Source: a virus
Taxonomy: Duplodnaviria; Heunggongvirae; Uroviricota; Caudoviricetes
DNA length: 59,158 nucleotides
Direction: 5' to 3' (one strand)
IMG/VR virus record: IMGVR_UViG_3300014024_000069
Location: 1 to 59,158 of that record
Positions 44,296 through 53,802 of the stretch are shown piece after piece. The position numbers and the translations under genes were made by a program. The notes beneath the pieces were generated by a model. The model was not told the DNA's origin. It saw only the letters and a list, made by a program, of their open reading frames with translations, and ran no database searches. The first letter of the stretch is position 1. Each line of letters opens with the position of its first letter.

Positions 44296-44448
44296 TCAGA
44301 GATAAACCTCGGAGCCAGGAAACGGTGAGGTGCGCCGGTTGCGAGCATAAGCGCGTTCACGTTCCGCTGATTCACGAATATTTTTACTTACACGTTCATC
44401 AATTTCTTTGATCATCTCAAACTCCCATGCCAGCTCATCCCAATTCAT
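44296..44448 (-). CDS. Small hypothetical protein (tandem paralog B)
   Basis: DELAWEFEMIKEIDERVSKN...AYARNRR. Confidence 0.72.
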   Translation of the reverse strand: MNWDELAWEFEMIKEIDERVSKNIRESAERERAYARNRRTSPFPGSEVYL

Positions 44449-45181
44449 ACCTGTCCAAGTGTCCTTCCTAACGGTCCGCAGTAGCAAAACAAGTTTTTGC
44501 CTGCGTGTTATTTTACCGTAGTCCTGCATGGATAATCCAAGCGTAATACCAGATGGAAGCACTAAATGCTCTTACTTTCTTGTCCCCCTTTTCTTATGCC
44601 GCATACTGCACAACGGCAACCGACAAGGAAGACTCGCATGTGGGGGCGCGGCGCGGGCAGGTTGCAGCGTTGGGGTGAATCTGGGAGGTCGCCTTACTCT
44701 AGGCATGTCCACCTAGAAGAGTCCACCAGGGGGATGGGCGCGGAAGGTCATAAGCTGCGGATCGTCGCACTGCACGACAGACGCGGAACAGCGCGCGTGA
44801 CTGTGTACATGTGCTGATGCCCCAAATCCACAGCTGGTAACCAACAACACCGAGGAGCACATACAGAGCTTCATGCTGATACACGGGAAGATATTGCCCC
44901 GATCTGCAACTACGCCTATGCGGAGTGCGACACCAACACGCCCCGCAGCGACGAAACCCGGCGCGCCGGACACAGAGGGAGCGTGAACAAACGAGGAAGC
45001 AACCGTCAGGGAGGCTGACGAGTTATTTAGCACGATGGTGTGGATCGCAAAAAATAACAATGATGAATCTACCAGGTGACGAATCTTTAGCTACTCATTT
45101 GAGAAAAACATTTACGGGGGTGATGTTTTTACGTCTTGACCATTTGTTTTTCTGGATAGTTTCATAGAGATACCCCCGTTT

Positions 45182-45273
45182 TTGACAACAATCAAAGCAT
45201 CACTTAATATAAATCATGTCAGCAACCGGCAAGGGGTTAGTAAAGCCCCTAAGAACTTCCAAGGAGGAAGAAA
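45182..45273 (+). promoter_or_regulatory. Repeated promoter/leader module, copy 8
   Basis: TTGACA(45182)-N17-TAATAT-AAATCATGTCAGCAACC; AGGGG..CCCCT hairpin; TTCCAAGGAGG. Confidence 0.9.
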
Positions 45274-45633
45274 GTGCACACCGTCAAGAATTTTGGGTAT
45301 GGTCACATAATTGAGTTTCCTAATGGTGACGAGGTTTTTGTTGACGAGGACGGGACTTCAAGCCCCATCCTCAAAAATGAGGAAATCTTAGACACCTATG
45401 TAAAGCGATTCGTTAAGGGTACCGAATGGGAAGCAGAGAAAAAGGAAGCGGGAAAGTATATTTTTAACCACCCTGAAACAAAAGGACGTCTCCTATTGAC
45501 TCTAGAGATTGATTTTGTTAATAGAGTATGTACGGTGAGCCTCAACGGGAATGAGTTTAAAACATTTTACGTTGATGAGAAAAATGTTTTTGGCCTTCTT
45601 TACGGGCAAATGGAGAATGCTCTAGCTCCATAA
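45274..45633 (+). CDS. Hypothetical protein (cassette gene)
   Basis: GTG start with AAGGAGG; terminator about 45646-45694. Confidence 0.8.
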   Translation: MHTVKNFGYGHIIEFPNGDEVFVDEDGTSSPILKNEEILDTYVKRFVKGTEWEAEKKEAGKYIFNHPETKGRLLLTLEIDFVNRVCTVSLNGNEFKTFYVDEKNVFGLLYGQMENALAP

Positions 45634-45897
45634 AATTGCACTCCCACCACCCTTATCCTGCTTAAGCCTCATAGGATAAAGGTGGTTCCTTTTTATCCTA
45701 CGCTTGCCGCTTTCGCAATTAGCGTGTGCCACTCCTCACAAAACCAGCAGTCCAGGAGAGGGGATGAAGCTTATGCCGGATAGCAATGCGCAGGGGTGAT
45801 TCGCGCCAGTTACTCGACTTCTATATGGCAAAAGAGCGTGCACTACTATTGGCTGCGGGGGTGGCGAAAATAGTGTTTCAAATGCGCTTTTAACGAA

Positions 45898-46018
45898 CGG
45901 GGGTAGGCTTGAAAACTTGATGGTTGACAATGGGAGATGGGTAACTTAATATAAATCTTGTCAGCAACCAACAGGGGCAAAAGAAAACCCCTCAAAGTTC
46001 CATAAGGAGGAACACAAA
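45898..46018 (+). promoter_or_regulatory. Repeated promoter/leader module, copy 9
   Basis: CGGGGGT-N19-TTGACA(45924)-N17-TAATAT-AAATCTTGTCAGCAACC; AGGGG..CCCCT; GTTCCATAAGGAGG. Confidence 0.9.
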
Positions 46019-46348
46019 ATGTCCAACCTAAAGACCGTAGAAGAAGCCGCCCGAATCATGGTTTCCATTGCTAAAGAAATCGTAGAAGATCGCGGATGGA
46101 ACAATTGTTGGGTAGCAGGATTCAGGGAGGGAAATCCCTACCTGAACGAAGATTTAAACGAAAACAACTATGGGAAGGCAGTTTTCGTGAAATATGAGCA
46201 AGGAACCATCTTCACGAAAGAAAATCCATTGAATGAAGATGAAGAAAAGAAGGAGCTGGAAGGCACTGAAAAGTTGGTCGAAGAACTAAACAAGCTGGAA
46301 GGCACCGAAGAATTATTTGGATTTGATGTTCTAGCCTTCAGTGAGTAA
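46019..46348 (+). CDS. Acidic hypothetical protein (cassette gene)
   Basis: Strong SD; internal LEGTE repeat; terminator AGAAACCCCCAC..GTGGGGGTTTCT at 46351-46390. Confidence 0.82.
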   Translation: MSNLKTVEEAARIMVSIAKEIVEDRGWNNCWVAGFREGNPYLNEDLNENNYGKAVFVKYEQGTIFTKENPLNEDEEKKELEGTEKLVEELNKLEGTEELFGFDVLAFSE

Positions 46349-46479
46349 AAAGAAACCCCCACACCAAATATAATGGTGGTGGGGGTTTCTCGTTTTGGTG
46401 AATCTTCTCAAATCCCCTCGCAAGGCAAGACGATATGAAGTAAAAACTATGGGGAAGGAATGGACACGCAAAGCATCGG

Positions 46480-46746
46480 TTATGCTCGAATCATCGCCAG
46501 GCACTCCTCGTGTAAACGATCAGACCTTTTCGACAACATATGGTTAACCACCAGGAAAACCGTCAACGCGGCAACCGACGCGGCGAATCCCCACCGATAG
46601 TCAACAGCATTCAAGACCATGAGGACGAAAATAAAAATTTGCACAAAGGTTGCAAAAATCCCCCAGTTTACAAGCTGCCTGCCAGCCTTCCGACATTCAT
46701 GCTCTTTTTCTGTCAGGGTTCCTGTCGTGTTTGTTTCTTTACTCAT
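46480..46746 (-). CDS. Small 2-TM membrane protein, leaderless
   Basis: TATCAT-N6-ATG; two TM helices. Confidence 0.78.
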   Translation of the reverse strand: MSKETNTTGTLTEKEHECRKAGRQLVNWGIFATFVQIFIFVLMVLNAVDYRWGFAASVAALTVFLVVNHMLSKRSDRLHEECLAMIRA

Positions 46747-46995
46747 GGCACCATGATAAGAGACGAGGGGGCACAAAATCCACTGCGAATATTTCACCGT
46801 AGCAATACCCGCCGATACCTCATTGGCTCTCTCGCTTACGTTGTCTCCTGTGTTACGCGCTTACGCCCCCGCTGTGTCATAGTGGCGAATACATCAACGG
46901 GCGTGCCGTCGCCACGCCGCCAAGCGTCAACCCGAAACTAACATATTGCCGTTGATGAAATCGCCAGCTACAAGAGGCAAACGCATATAGGAAGA

Positions 46996-47078
46996 CAAAA
47001 AGAAAACCGGCCCCTACGGGCTGTTAATTGCCCTTAAGCGCCGGGTTTTCGTTAACGCGGGTACTGTCCCGCTCCATG
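46996..47078 (-). ncRNA. Candidate small RNA (or 17-aa leaderless peptide) with its own promoter and terminator
   Basis: TGGTATGAT -10 (47085-47093); hairpins GCGGG/CCCGC and GAAAAC-CCGGC...GCCGG-TTTTC followed by a T run. Confidence 0.45.
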
Positions 47079-48311
47079 AAAACCATCATACCATACCAAA
47101 CATACAATCATGATGCTAGGTGCCCATTGCCCCCCTTTTTTGCCAGCGTGAACCATGTGCGTACCATGAATCCCCCAACACAATCAAACTTAGACACCTA
47201 CTTAACCAAGCCCCGATCCGCAGCGAACTCACTCAACCCGCTGGTGCCACGCCCCTAAGCTTATCGACGACCCCAAAAAACTGTACACACTCCTTCACGC
47301 AGCGCGCATCACCTCACCACCACCTAACAGGAGGGCTAAGATTTAAACACCCGCACCTTACTTTTCCTAGTCCCCTTAATGTACAACAAGCAGCCCGGCT
47401 CGCCACCGACCACTGCGCCGGTATAGGCACCTTCACTTTTCATCAGGGGGCGGGCAGGTAGGTGCGCTGACATGCGCCTTGTATCTGAGGGGTATCGTTC
47501 AGCACCAACGCAATAGGGGTAAGCCCCTCGCATCCTGCGTGTGGCGTGTCGTCGATAAGCGGAAGGAAGCAGACAGTGAACGCCGCCCCGCATTGGCACC
47601 CCTCGCCGTTGATGCCGCAACCCTTACGCCCTACACCCCAGCGCGCCGGGGTGTCCTTCCTCTGATGTTACCTATGTCCACGCCGTCTAGGGGCGTGATT
47701 GTCTTGATGCGTGTCGTGGTGCGCCCGCCGGTGCCCCTACTAGGGGTTACCTACTAGTTATTCCCATCAGGGATACTTTTCAGACTTTTTGGCGGCTTGT
47801 TCTTTCCTTCTTGCCATACACTGAGCCTGCAAAGCAGGGGAGAGTGCTGAATGTCGGGGTGCTTGTGCTCGCGGTTGCCGGGATGCTGCGGCACCCACGG
47901 TCAGCGCCCCCCTTTTTTCGGAATGCCAATGCATGGAGCAGAGTCGGGGGGGGCGGTGCCGCCGTTCGACTTGCCGACGCACCCCAGTGGAGACAACAAC
48001 CTCTCCAGCCTCATTGTTGGACGTGTGTCAAAGGATCAATGGTGAAAACGGGACAACCAGGCACGCCGCCGCAACCCACTCCCCCAACGTCCAACGCCCG
48101 CTTTCTTTTCGATAGGAACCGATCGCAACTTGCCGACGACCCCGCGTCCCCGCCGCAAGTCAACACCTTGGGGGAAGGAGGATCCGGACCGCGCTCTGTG
48201 TGGAACTTCCGGCAGTGACTCGCCGCCCTTCCTTCCTTCATGCCCGCCACGGCACCGCAGCCCGCACCCACCCTGACATTGACACCTCGCCGCCCATAGT
48301 GTCAACAGAAA

Positions 48312-48995
48312 CTATGCGGCACCCATAAACCGCCCCAACATCCCCATCTGATGCACCGACAGCCCCTTCATTGAGTTAGGCGCAACTGTCATTAAACAAT
48401 CACCGTACTTATGCTTCACCTCACCCGCGTAAACACCTTGCAGTACATCATCATCCACCCACACTATCTTCACGCCCGCGCCGGGGTGAGAAGAAGGGTG
48501 TGCTAGTAGTTCGCTTTCGTCCAACCAGTTTTCCAACGCAGGTTTCTTGTCCCCCTGTGGCGGGTGGGCAACCCCCGGCGCGCCGAAATCAAGGAAGAAC
48601 TGCGCAGCATTCGGGGCTAGCCCCATCATGGCGGCGAGGGTGCCTGTGTGTTGCTTCCAGGTTGTCAACCACACCACCACGGCATCGTGATCAGAAAGGA
48701 TCCCACCAAGTTCCCCCACTAGTTTCGTGGACCATTTCACCATGCACGAGGGCGGTTCCACGCTGGGATCGTTGGCGTAGTACGGGTTTTCGACAACCGC
48801 CGTATGGTCAGTGGGGAAGTACTTTTTCCCCAAAGTTCCCGCCGATAGGGGGTTGAGCACACCGTCAAAATCAAGCACGATGATTTTGGTGATATTGCTT
48901 TCTATGAGGCTGTCCAGTGGTGGGGCTGGTAGTAGTTCCTTGGTGGCGGCGCAATGGATGCAGGGGTGTTCTGCGTTACTAGTGTTGGTGCTCAT
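48312..48995 (-). CDS. HAD-superfamily domain protein (HAD_SAK-like)
   Basis: LDFDGVLN motif I, WLTTW, WVDDD motif IV; SD AAGGA. Confidence 0.85.
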   Translation of the reverse strand: MSTNTSNAEHPCIHCAATKELLPAPPLDSLIESNITKIIVLDFDGVLNPLSAGTLGKKYFPTDHTAVVENPYYANDPSVEPPSCMVKWSTKLVGELGGILSDHDAVVVWLTTWKQHTGTLAAMMGLAPNAAQFFLDFGAPGVAHPPQGDKKPALENWLDESELLAHPSSHPGAGVKIVWVDDDVLQGVYAGEVKHKYGDCLMTVAPNSMKGLSVHQMGMLGRFMGAA

Positions 48996-49213
48996 TTCTT
49001 TTTCCTTGCCGTTTTCGCAGTGAATGTGGTCATACAGTTAAGGCATGTGGGCGGGTGTCCATGCTGTTTCATGAGGGGGGGCTGGCTGGATTGGCGTGGA
49101 CTGTCCTTGCATATACGCCCGTCTACACCAGACGGAAAGATGTGGGCTTGGGGTTTTGATGGGGCGATTGGTATAGCGCCCTAGCGTGCCACGGGGTTTG
49201 GTGTATAGTGAGC

Positions 49214-49315
49214 AAGAAGAGTCCTCAAACTTGGGTGGACTACAGCTGGGTTCCCGAATGGGAGTAAGGCTTTAAGCCCGAGAAATCCCTTGCTCCTGGG
49301 GTTTGAGACTCTTTC
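49214..49315 (+). ncRNA. Candidate structured ~100-nt RNA, antitoxin-like, orphan
   Basis: TATAGT -10 at 49204; closing stem AAGAGTC(C)TCAAAC / GTTTGAGACTCTT; inner hairpins TTCCC-GAAT-GGGAG and GGCTT-T-AAGCC; no ORF. Confidence 0.65.
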
Positions 49316-49340
49316 CTATTCAATAGGGGGTGCCGCTACT

Positions 49341-49583
49341 TTACAGCGAGCGCGCTCTCCGAACGCGCCTATCACGGGAAAGCTCGCGGTAAGTGCTGAT
49401 TAACGAATCGCCAAAAACGATTAGATCTATCCCTAACGATCCAACCATAGAAACCCACAGCAAACGATCACTCACACCTTGAGTATGTGCAAAGGCGCAC
49501 ATACCTAGCAGTGCAACGACAGGAATAGCGCTAATAACTGTAATTAGTGCAAGTTCGTGCTTGTTATACATCCCATAAAGCAT
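49341..49583 (-). CDS. Small 2-TM membrane protein
   Basis: SD GGAAGGG; two TM helices, basic tail. Confidence 0.7.
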   Translation of the reverse strand: MLYGMYNKHELALITVISAIPVVALLGMCAFAHTQGVSDRLLWVSMVGSLGIDLIVFGDSLISTYRELSRDRRVRRARSL

Positions 49584-49822
49584 GATTCTAGCCCTTCCTT
49601 AAAGATCCCAATTAGATGACATATAGAATTATACCAGCGAAAACACCCAAACCCAAAGAAGGGGTACGGACGCGGGGGTGTTCTGCATATGCTGACACCA
49701 AGGGTAAGGAAGACGGTTAGAGTCTTGCCCCATAAGAAGGATGATTCACTTAGAAACCAGGCATACCTAGACACGAAAACGGGGGTGAGAGAAAAGTTAA
49801 TCTACATGCTATTTTGTAGGCG

Positions 49823-49945
49823 CGGGGGTAGTCTTTGACGCTATGTGGTTGACAAAGATTTACAAGCAACCTAATATAAATCATGTCAGCAACACACAAG
49901 GGGCTAAAACCAAAAGCCCCAAAAAGTTCCAAGGAGGAACACAAA
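49823..49945 (+). promoter_or_regulatory. Repeated promoter/leader module, copy 10
   Basis: CGGGGGT-N19-TTGACA(49849)-N17-TAATAT-AAATCATGTCAGCAACAC; GGGGCT..AGCCCC hairpin; GTTCCAAGGAGG. Confidence 0.9.
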
Positions 49946-50146
49946 ATGACTAAGTTCTACGTAACAATTGAAGAGGTTGTTGAGAAGGTTGTTCTTATCG
50001 AGGTAGATACGGATAACAAGAAAGAAGCAAAAGACATTTACAACGGTAAAAAAGAGGGAAACATGATCGTACTCTCGGAAAGCGAAGAGAACGGTCTTGG
50101 AATAACATTCAAGAAAATTTACACAGAAAAGGAGTATCTTGGATAA
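49946..50146 (+). CDS. DpnD/PcfM-like small protein (cassette gene)
   Basis: MTKFYVTIEEVVEKVVLIEVDTDNKKEAKDIY; terminator AAGGGCAC..GTGCCCTT at 50149-50179. Confidence 0.75.
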   Translation: MTKFYVTIEEVVEKVVLIEVDTDNKKEAKDIYNGKKEGNMIVLSESEENGLGITFKKIYTEKEYLG

Positions 50147-50230
50147 TTAAAGGGCACCCAGTTACCTGAGTGCCCTTTTCGCGTATCACGCCAGGCGCTT
50201 GATGCCTTGCGTGGATTTTTATTGTTCCAG

Positions 50231-50686
50231 CTACAGCTGCTTCTTTTCGTTCTCGCGTTTGCTGGCAATCCCCATCACGTACAGGTGGATGCCCTCACCG
50301 TAGAAGCCGTTATCCTCGAAACCTTCTGCCGTGACGATTTCTGTTGCCTGTATATCGGATTCGGTGTAGACGAAAATCCGAACACGGTCATCCCAGTTAT
50401 AGTCGCCGGTGTAGCGTTTTTCCGGGTTGCTTTCCGTCACCATCTCCACGGCAGTGATGGCGTTATTCGTTGCGGCAAGCCGGGTTAACCACCAGTCGCC
50501 ACACGAGCACCCACCACACCCAACGTTGGGCACAACATACAGGGTGGTGTCGTCATCAAGCACCAAACCGTTATCCTCAATGCGGACGATCCTGCGCCCA
50601 ATGAGCTGCTTTTCCAGCACCTCCTGGGTTAAGTCGTCATAGAAGTATCTTTCGTCGTAATGGCTGTCACCATATCCAGTAAACAT
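50231..50686 (-). CDS. Phage-type hypothetical protein with a GCGGCSCG motif
   Basis: SD AAGGAGG; acidic 151-aa ORF. Confidence 0.8.
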   Translation of the reverse strand: MFTGYGDSHYDERYFYDDLTQEVLEKQLIGRRIVRIEDNGLVLDDDTTLYVVPNVGCGGCSCGDWWLTRLAATNNAITAVEMVTESNPEKRYTGDYNWDDRVRIFVYTESDIQATEIVTAEGFEDNGFYGEGIHLYVMGIASKRENEKKQL

Positions 50687-51626
50687 TTTCGTATCCTCCT
50701 TGTGGTGTCAAGCGGCGTGAGTGCGGTTGCCGTGGTGTCACCGCACCCGAAATTTGGGTGGAATCACAATGGGCACCCGGCTTCCCAGTGTGGGTAAACT
50801 CATAGGCAGACTGGTCGGGTTTCCTAGCTGATTGTCTTTCCGACTTTTGAGCCTATCCGTCATGGGGCACTACTAGCAACCCACGGCAAGCACTGAGTGC
50901 GCCGTCAACCACCACCCCGCCCATAGGGGCACGCGGCGCAGGCGTGGACGGTAGACAACCAAGAGCGCGGGGAGGGCGCTCCCTCTCATTCTCTTGTGGG
51001 GAGAACTGGAATCCTGCCATTCCCAGCCCCGTCCCCCGGAGCGCCAATCGGCAGACGGGCAAAAGGCAGGCTGTCGTCCGCCGTAAGACGTGCGGTGCCT
51101 CCATATAGCAGCGCACACCCATAGTGTTTTGCTTGTCCTGCGCAATTAGTCCAACGACGTTTGCGCCTAACACTATGGGTATAAGGAGTATCCCGCCAAA
51201 ACACATCCTCCCTGCCGTCGTCAGAAAACTTCCCTAGCTGGATTCGGTTTAATCCTGGTCTGGTCCCGCCGCCCGACACATCGCCGCACCACTGTATTTC
51301 CTAGTCCCCCAACACCATTAAATCACCCTACACGGACACACCACATCTAAGGGGTGCTCCCCAGACCCAACCCCGCGCTGCACGGCGACTAAATCGGACA
51401 CAGAGGGCATAGCAGAGCACACAAAGACACTCCTCAATGAATGACTAAATGAACCCCATTCTGTATAGGAGGGTACGGTCACTGCCGCACCCCTCTAGGG
51501 TGGCAGTGCATCTGCGCCATCAATGGCGCAGCACCTAACCCGGCATCTCCGCCCAGCCCAGTAGGGATCTTACTTAATCACGCTGCACGTGGGTGACGGG
51601 GGTAGTCCCGATGTTGCGGCTTTAGG

Positions 51627-51688
51627 CAAAAGGAGACCCCCTAAATGAAATTCATCTAGGGGGTGAGATTCAATGAAATGATTTAACA
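51627..51688 (-). ncRNA. Candidate ~60-nt small RNA
   Basis: TTGCCA-N17-TAAAAT promoter (51723-51695); ACCCCCTA..TAGGGGGT hairpin followed by T run; no ORF. Confidence 0.5.
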
Positions 51689-52112
51689 ATGACCATTTTA
51701 GCGCGCACCTCACAAGTTGGCAAATCCCATGCTTGACGCGCGCTTTTTGTGCTCAACTAGCGGTTCATTCTGATCATTCTTTTAAGGGGCGCGGTGAGGA
51801 TTTGGGGAAGGTGCAATCAGGTATTCGTTAGGCACACCAGATTGGTTTCACACTGCGTCATGTCAGCGCAAGGGAAGATGCCGGCGCCGCGTGCTCACGT
51901 AAAACTAGGTGCCCATGCCGTATCAACGATAGAGAGAAGCCCATACCACCCGCCCATCAAGACTCCAGGACACCCACTCCCACTAGCATGAAGGCTACTC
52001 GGCACCCCTTATACCCCAAGACCTCGGCGCGCCGGGTTTCCTTGGCAACTCTTGCGCCCCCGCAGCGCTCCACAGGGGCGGAGCCACACTGTAGACCACC
52101 GCACTTATTGTT

Positions 52113-53400
52113 CTAGTCCCCCAGTGGGGTTCTTTATGAAATTCTGCAGGGTGTTCAGTTCGTAAACAATCTGCATTATTGTCCACACTGAGCCGCTATT
52201 TCACTACATCAATCACCTACAAAAGGCCCTGGAGACGCTAGAACCACCCCCGCCAGTAGAAATGTTATGCCAAGCGGACACCACCCCAGGCAAAAGCTCC
52301 TCTTCATTGATGAAGCACGATCCATATACTTCAAACCAATCCCGCTGCTGCTGTTTGTAATCCATATACACTACGGAGGTAAATCAATTATCAGTCATAC
52401 CGCATGGCACACCGGTGAACCTACTCGTGGCATCACCAACGCCGTTGGCGCCGCCGGGCGCCGCACCATTGGTGCCGTGGGCATCTGTCGTGTCGCCGCG
52501 CACCGCAACACCCGCAACCGCCCTCACCAATAGGGCATCGTGCCCGCGCCGGGCAGTCCCGCAGCACCCCAGGTGTTCTCACGCCACTGTTGGGCGGGGT
52601 GAAATTTGCATGACATGACATTTCCTTGTCCCCGCAGTCCCGCCCGCCGGTGGTTTCACCACTGGTGAAATTAGCATCAATGCAGAGGTGGGCACCCGCC
52701 TCCGCGTCTTCCGTTGTTGGTATTCCAGAGTTTCCTGTTTGCCGTAGAGGTACCCGCAACAATCCCACATCTGCACACCTTCGCTCGGACGCGACTTGAT
52801 GCCGCCGTGAGTTTTGGTCACCGCATAGTCCACGGTGCATGACGGGATAGTGTCGCTGCATAGGGGTGCCCGGCACGCCCGTGTTGTCGGTAAACTTCTC
52901 TGCCGCGACAGAAACACCATCCCCGCAGTTCTTGTGTGCTGTGTCTTACTGTGAAGGAGCTTACAGTATTGCCTGCCGCCTCGGCGCTGGTGCCGTCCGC
53001 AACGCCTGTGAACCCAGCATCACCAGTGCCCCCGCTGTGTTGTCACCGGTCAACCGCAGGGGACGCTCTCGCTCCAGTTCTAGTGACAACGCCAGGGCTT
53101 TCTGCCGACCGGAGTGATCGTGAAGCCACCTTGTGATACCCGCAGTATCCTGCTCACCCACCACTGAAACCGACCCCGCGACCCCTCCTGCGCCATCGAT
53201 GGCGAAACACCCACACACAAACAGAACCCCACCCCAAAGAGGAATCACATTAAGGCACACCCATAGGTGCACACAGTCAGGATCCGCGCGCCCCAATGCC
53301 GGTGCTCCCTCGACAAGGTTTCCGACGACCCCGAGGGCTAGACCCCGTATGTACGACGTGAGGGTGTAACTCCAGCACGCGCACCGCACCAGATAAATCC
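52113..53400 (-). pseudogene. Degenerate duplicate of the 54850..56879 gene
   Basis: Manual translation near 52380-52250, FTSVVYMDYKQQQRDWFEVYGSCFINEEELLPGV, matches FSPIVYVDYGHQEQDWFEVYGPDYTDDEGELLPDV; multiple stops and frameshifts; upstream boundary approximate. Confidence 0.75.
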
Positions 53401-53560
53401 TCCGCCGCTGATTAATCGTCGCGCAGGCACGAGCCGCGCCCGCTCATCGATGGTGAAAAACCACGCGGGAACAGCACTCCGTTCCGAAGAGGAATCGCAT
53501 TAAGGCACCAACACCCACTGCGTGTTTGCATCACCCGCGATAATGTGGTATGCTGATTCT

Positions 53561-53625
53561 TAACGGTCCTTCCTGTAGCTTCTCCCCATTATTGGGTGCC
53601 AGCGCCTCCAGGAAGTCCTTTTTTT
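53561..53625 (+). ncRNA. Candidate ~65-nt small RNA, antitoxin-like, orphan
   Basis: TTGCAT-N17-TATGCT with TGTGG extension; stem CTTCCTG/CAGGAAG enclosing TAGCTTCT-hairpin-CCAGCGC; T7 run. Confidence 0.6.
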
Positions 53626-53633
53626 ATTCAGCA

Positions 53634-53802
53634 GAAAAACACCCTCTTGATGAACCAGGTGAGTGCATCAAAAGGGTGTTCCCTGTCTCAGTGTGAAATG
53701 ATTTGTCGTCTGCGATGCAGCTGGACAGGCACGACATTTAGCAGGTGTACAACACAACATCATTCCTACTTCTGGAAACAACAACCATTTCTGGCTGTCG
53801 TG
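53634..53802 (-). ncRNA. Candidate ~170-nt transcript (sRNA or micro-ORF), convergent with 53561..53625
   Basis: TGTGGTATGCT extended -10 (53809-53819); long terminator hairpin 53638-53680 with T run. Confidence 0.45.

Noticed and set aside
46800..48300. Many overlapping 60-135-aa ORFs in GC-rich tracts (also 8750-9400, 16240-17100, 29780-30280, 50850-52100, 57840-58560)
   Set aside because: No SD or leaderless signal, Arg/Pro/Cys-rich shadow composition, mutually overlapping frames
49883..49945. ATG in the conserved leader (ATGTCAGCAAC, MSAT...) as a shared leaderless N-terminus
   Set aside because: In frame with the gene at 49883 but out of frame at 30348 and 45216; two copies have CTTG instead of CATG
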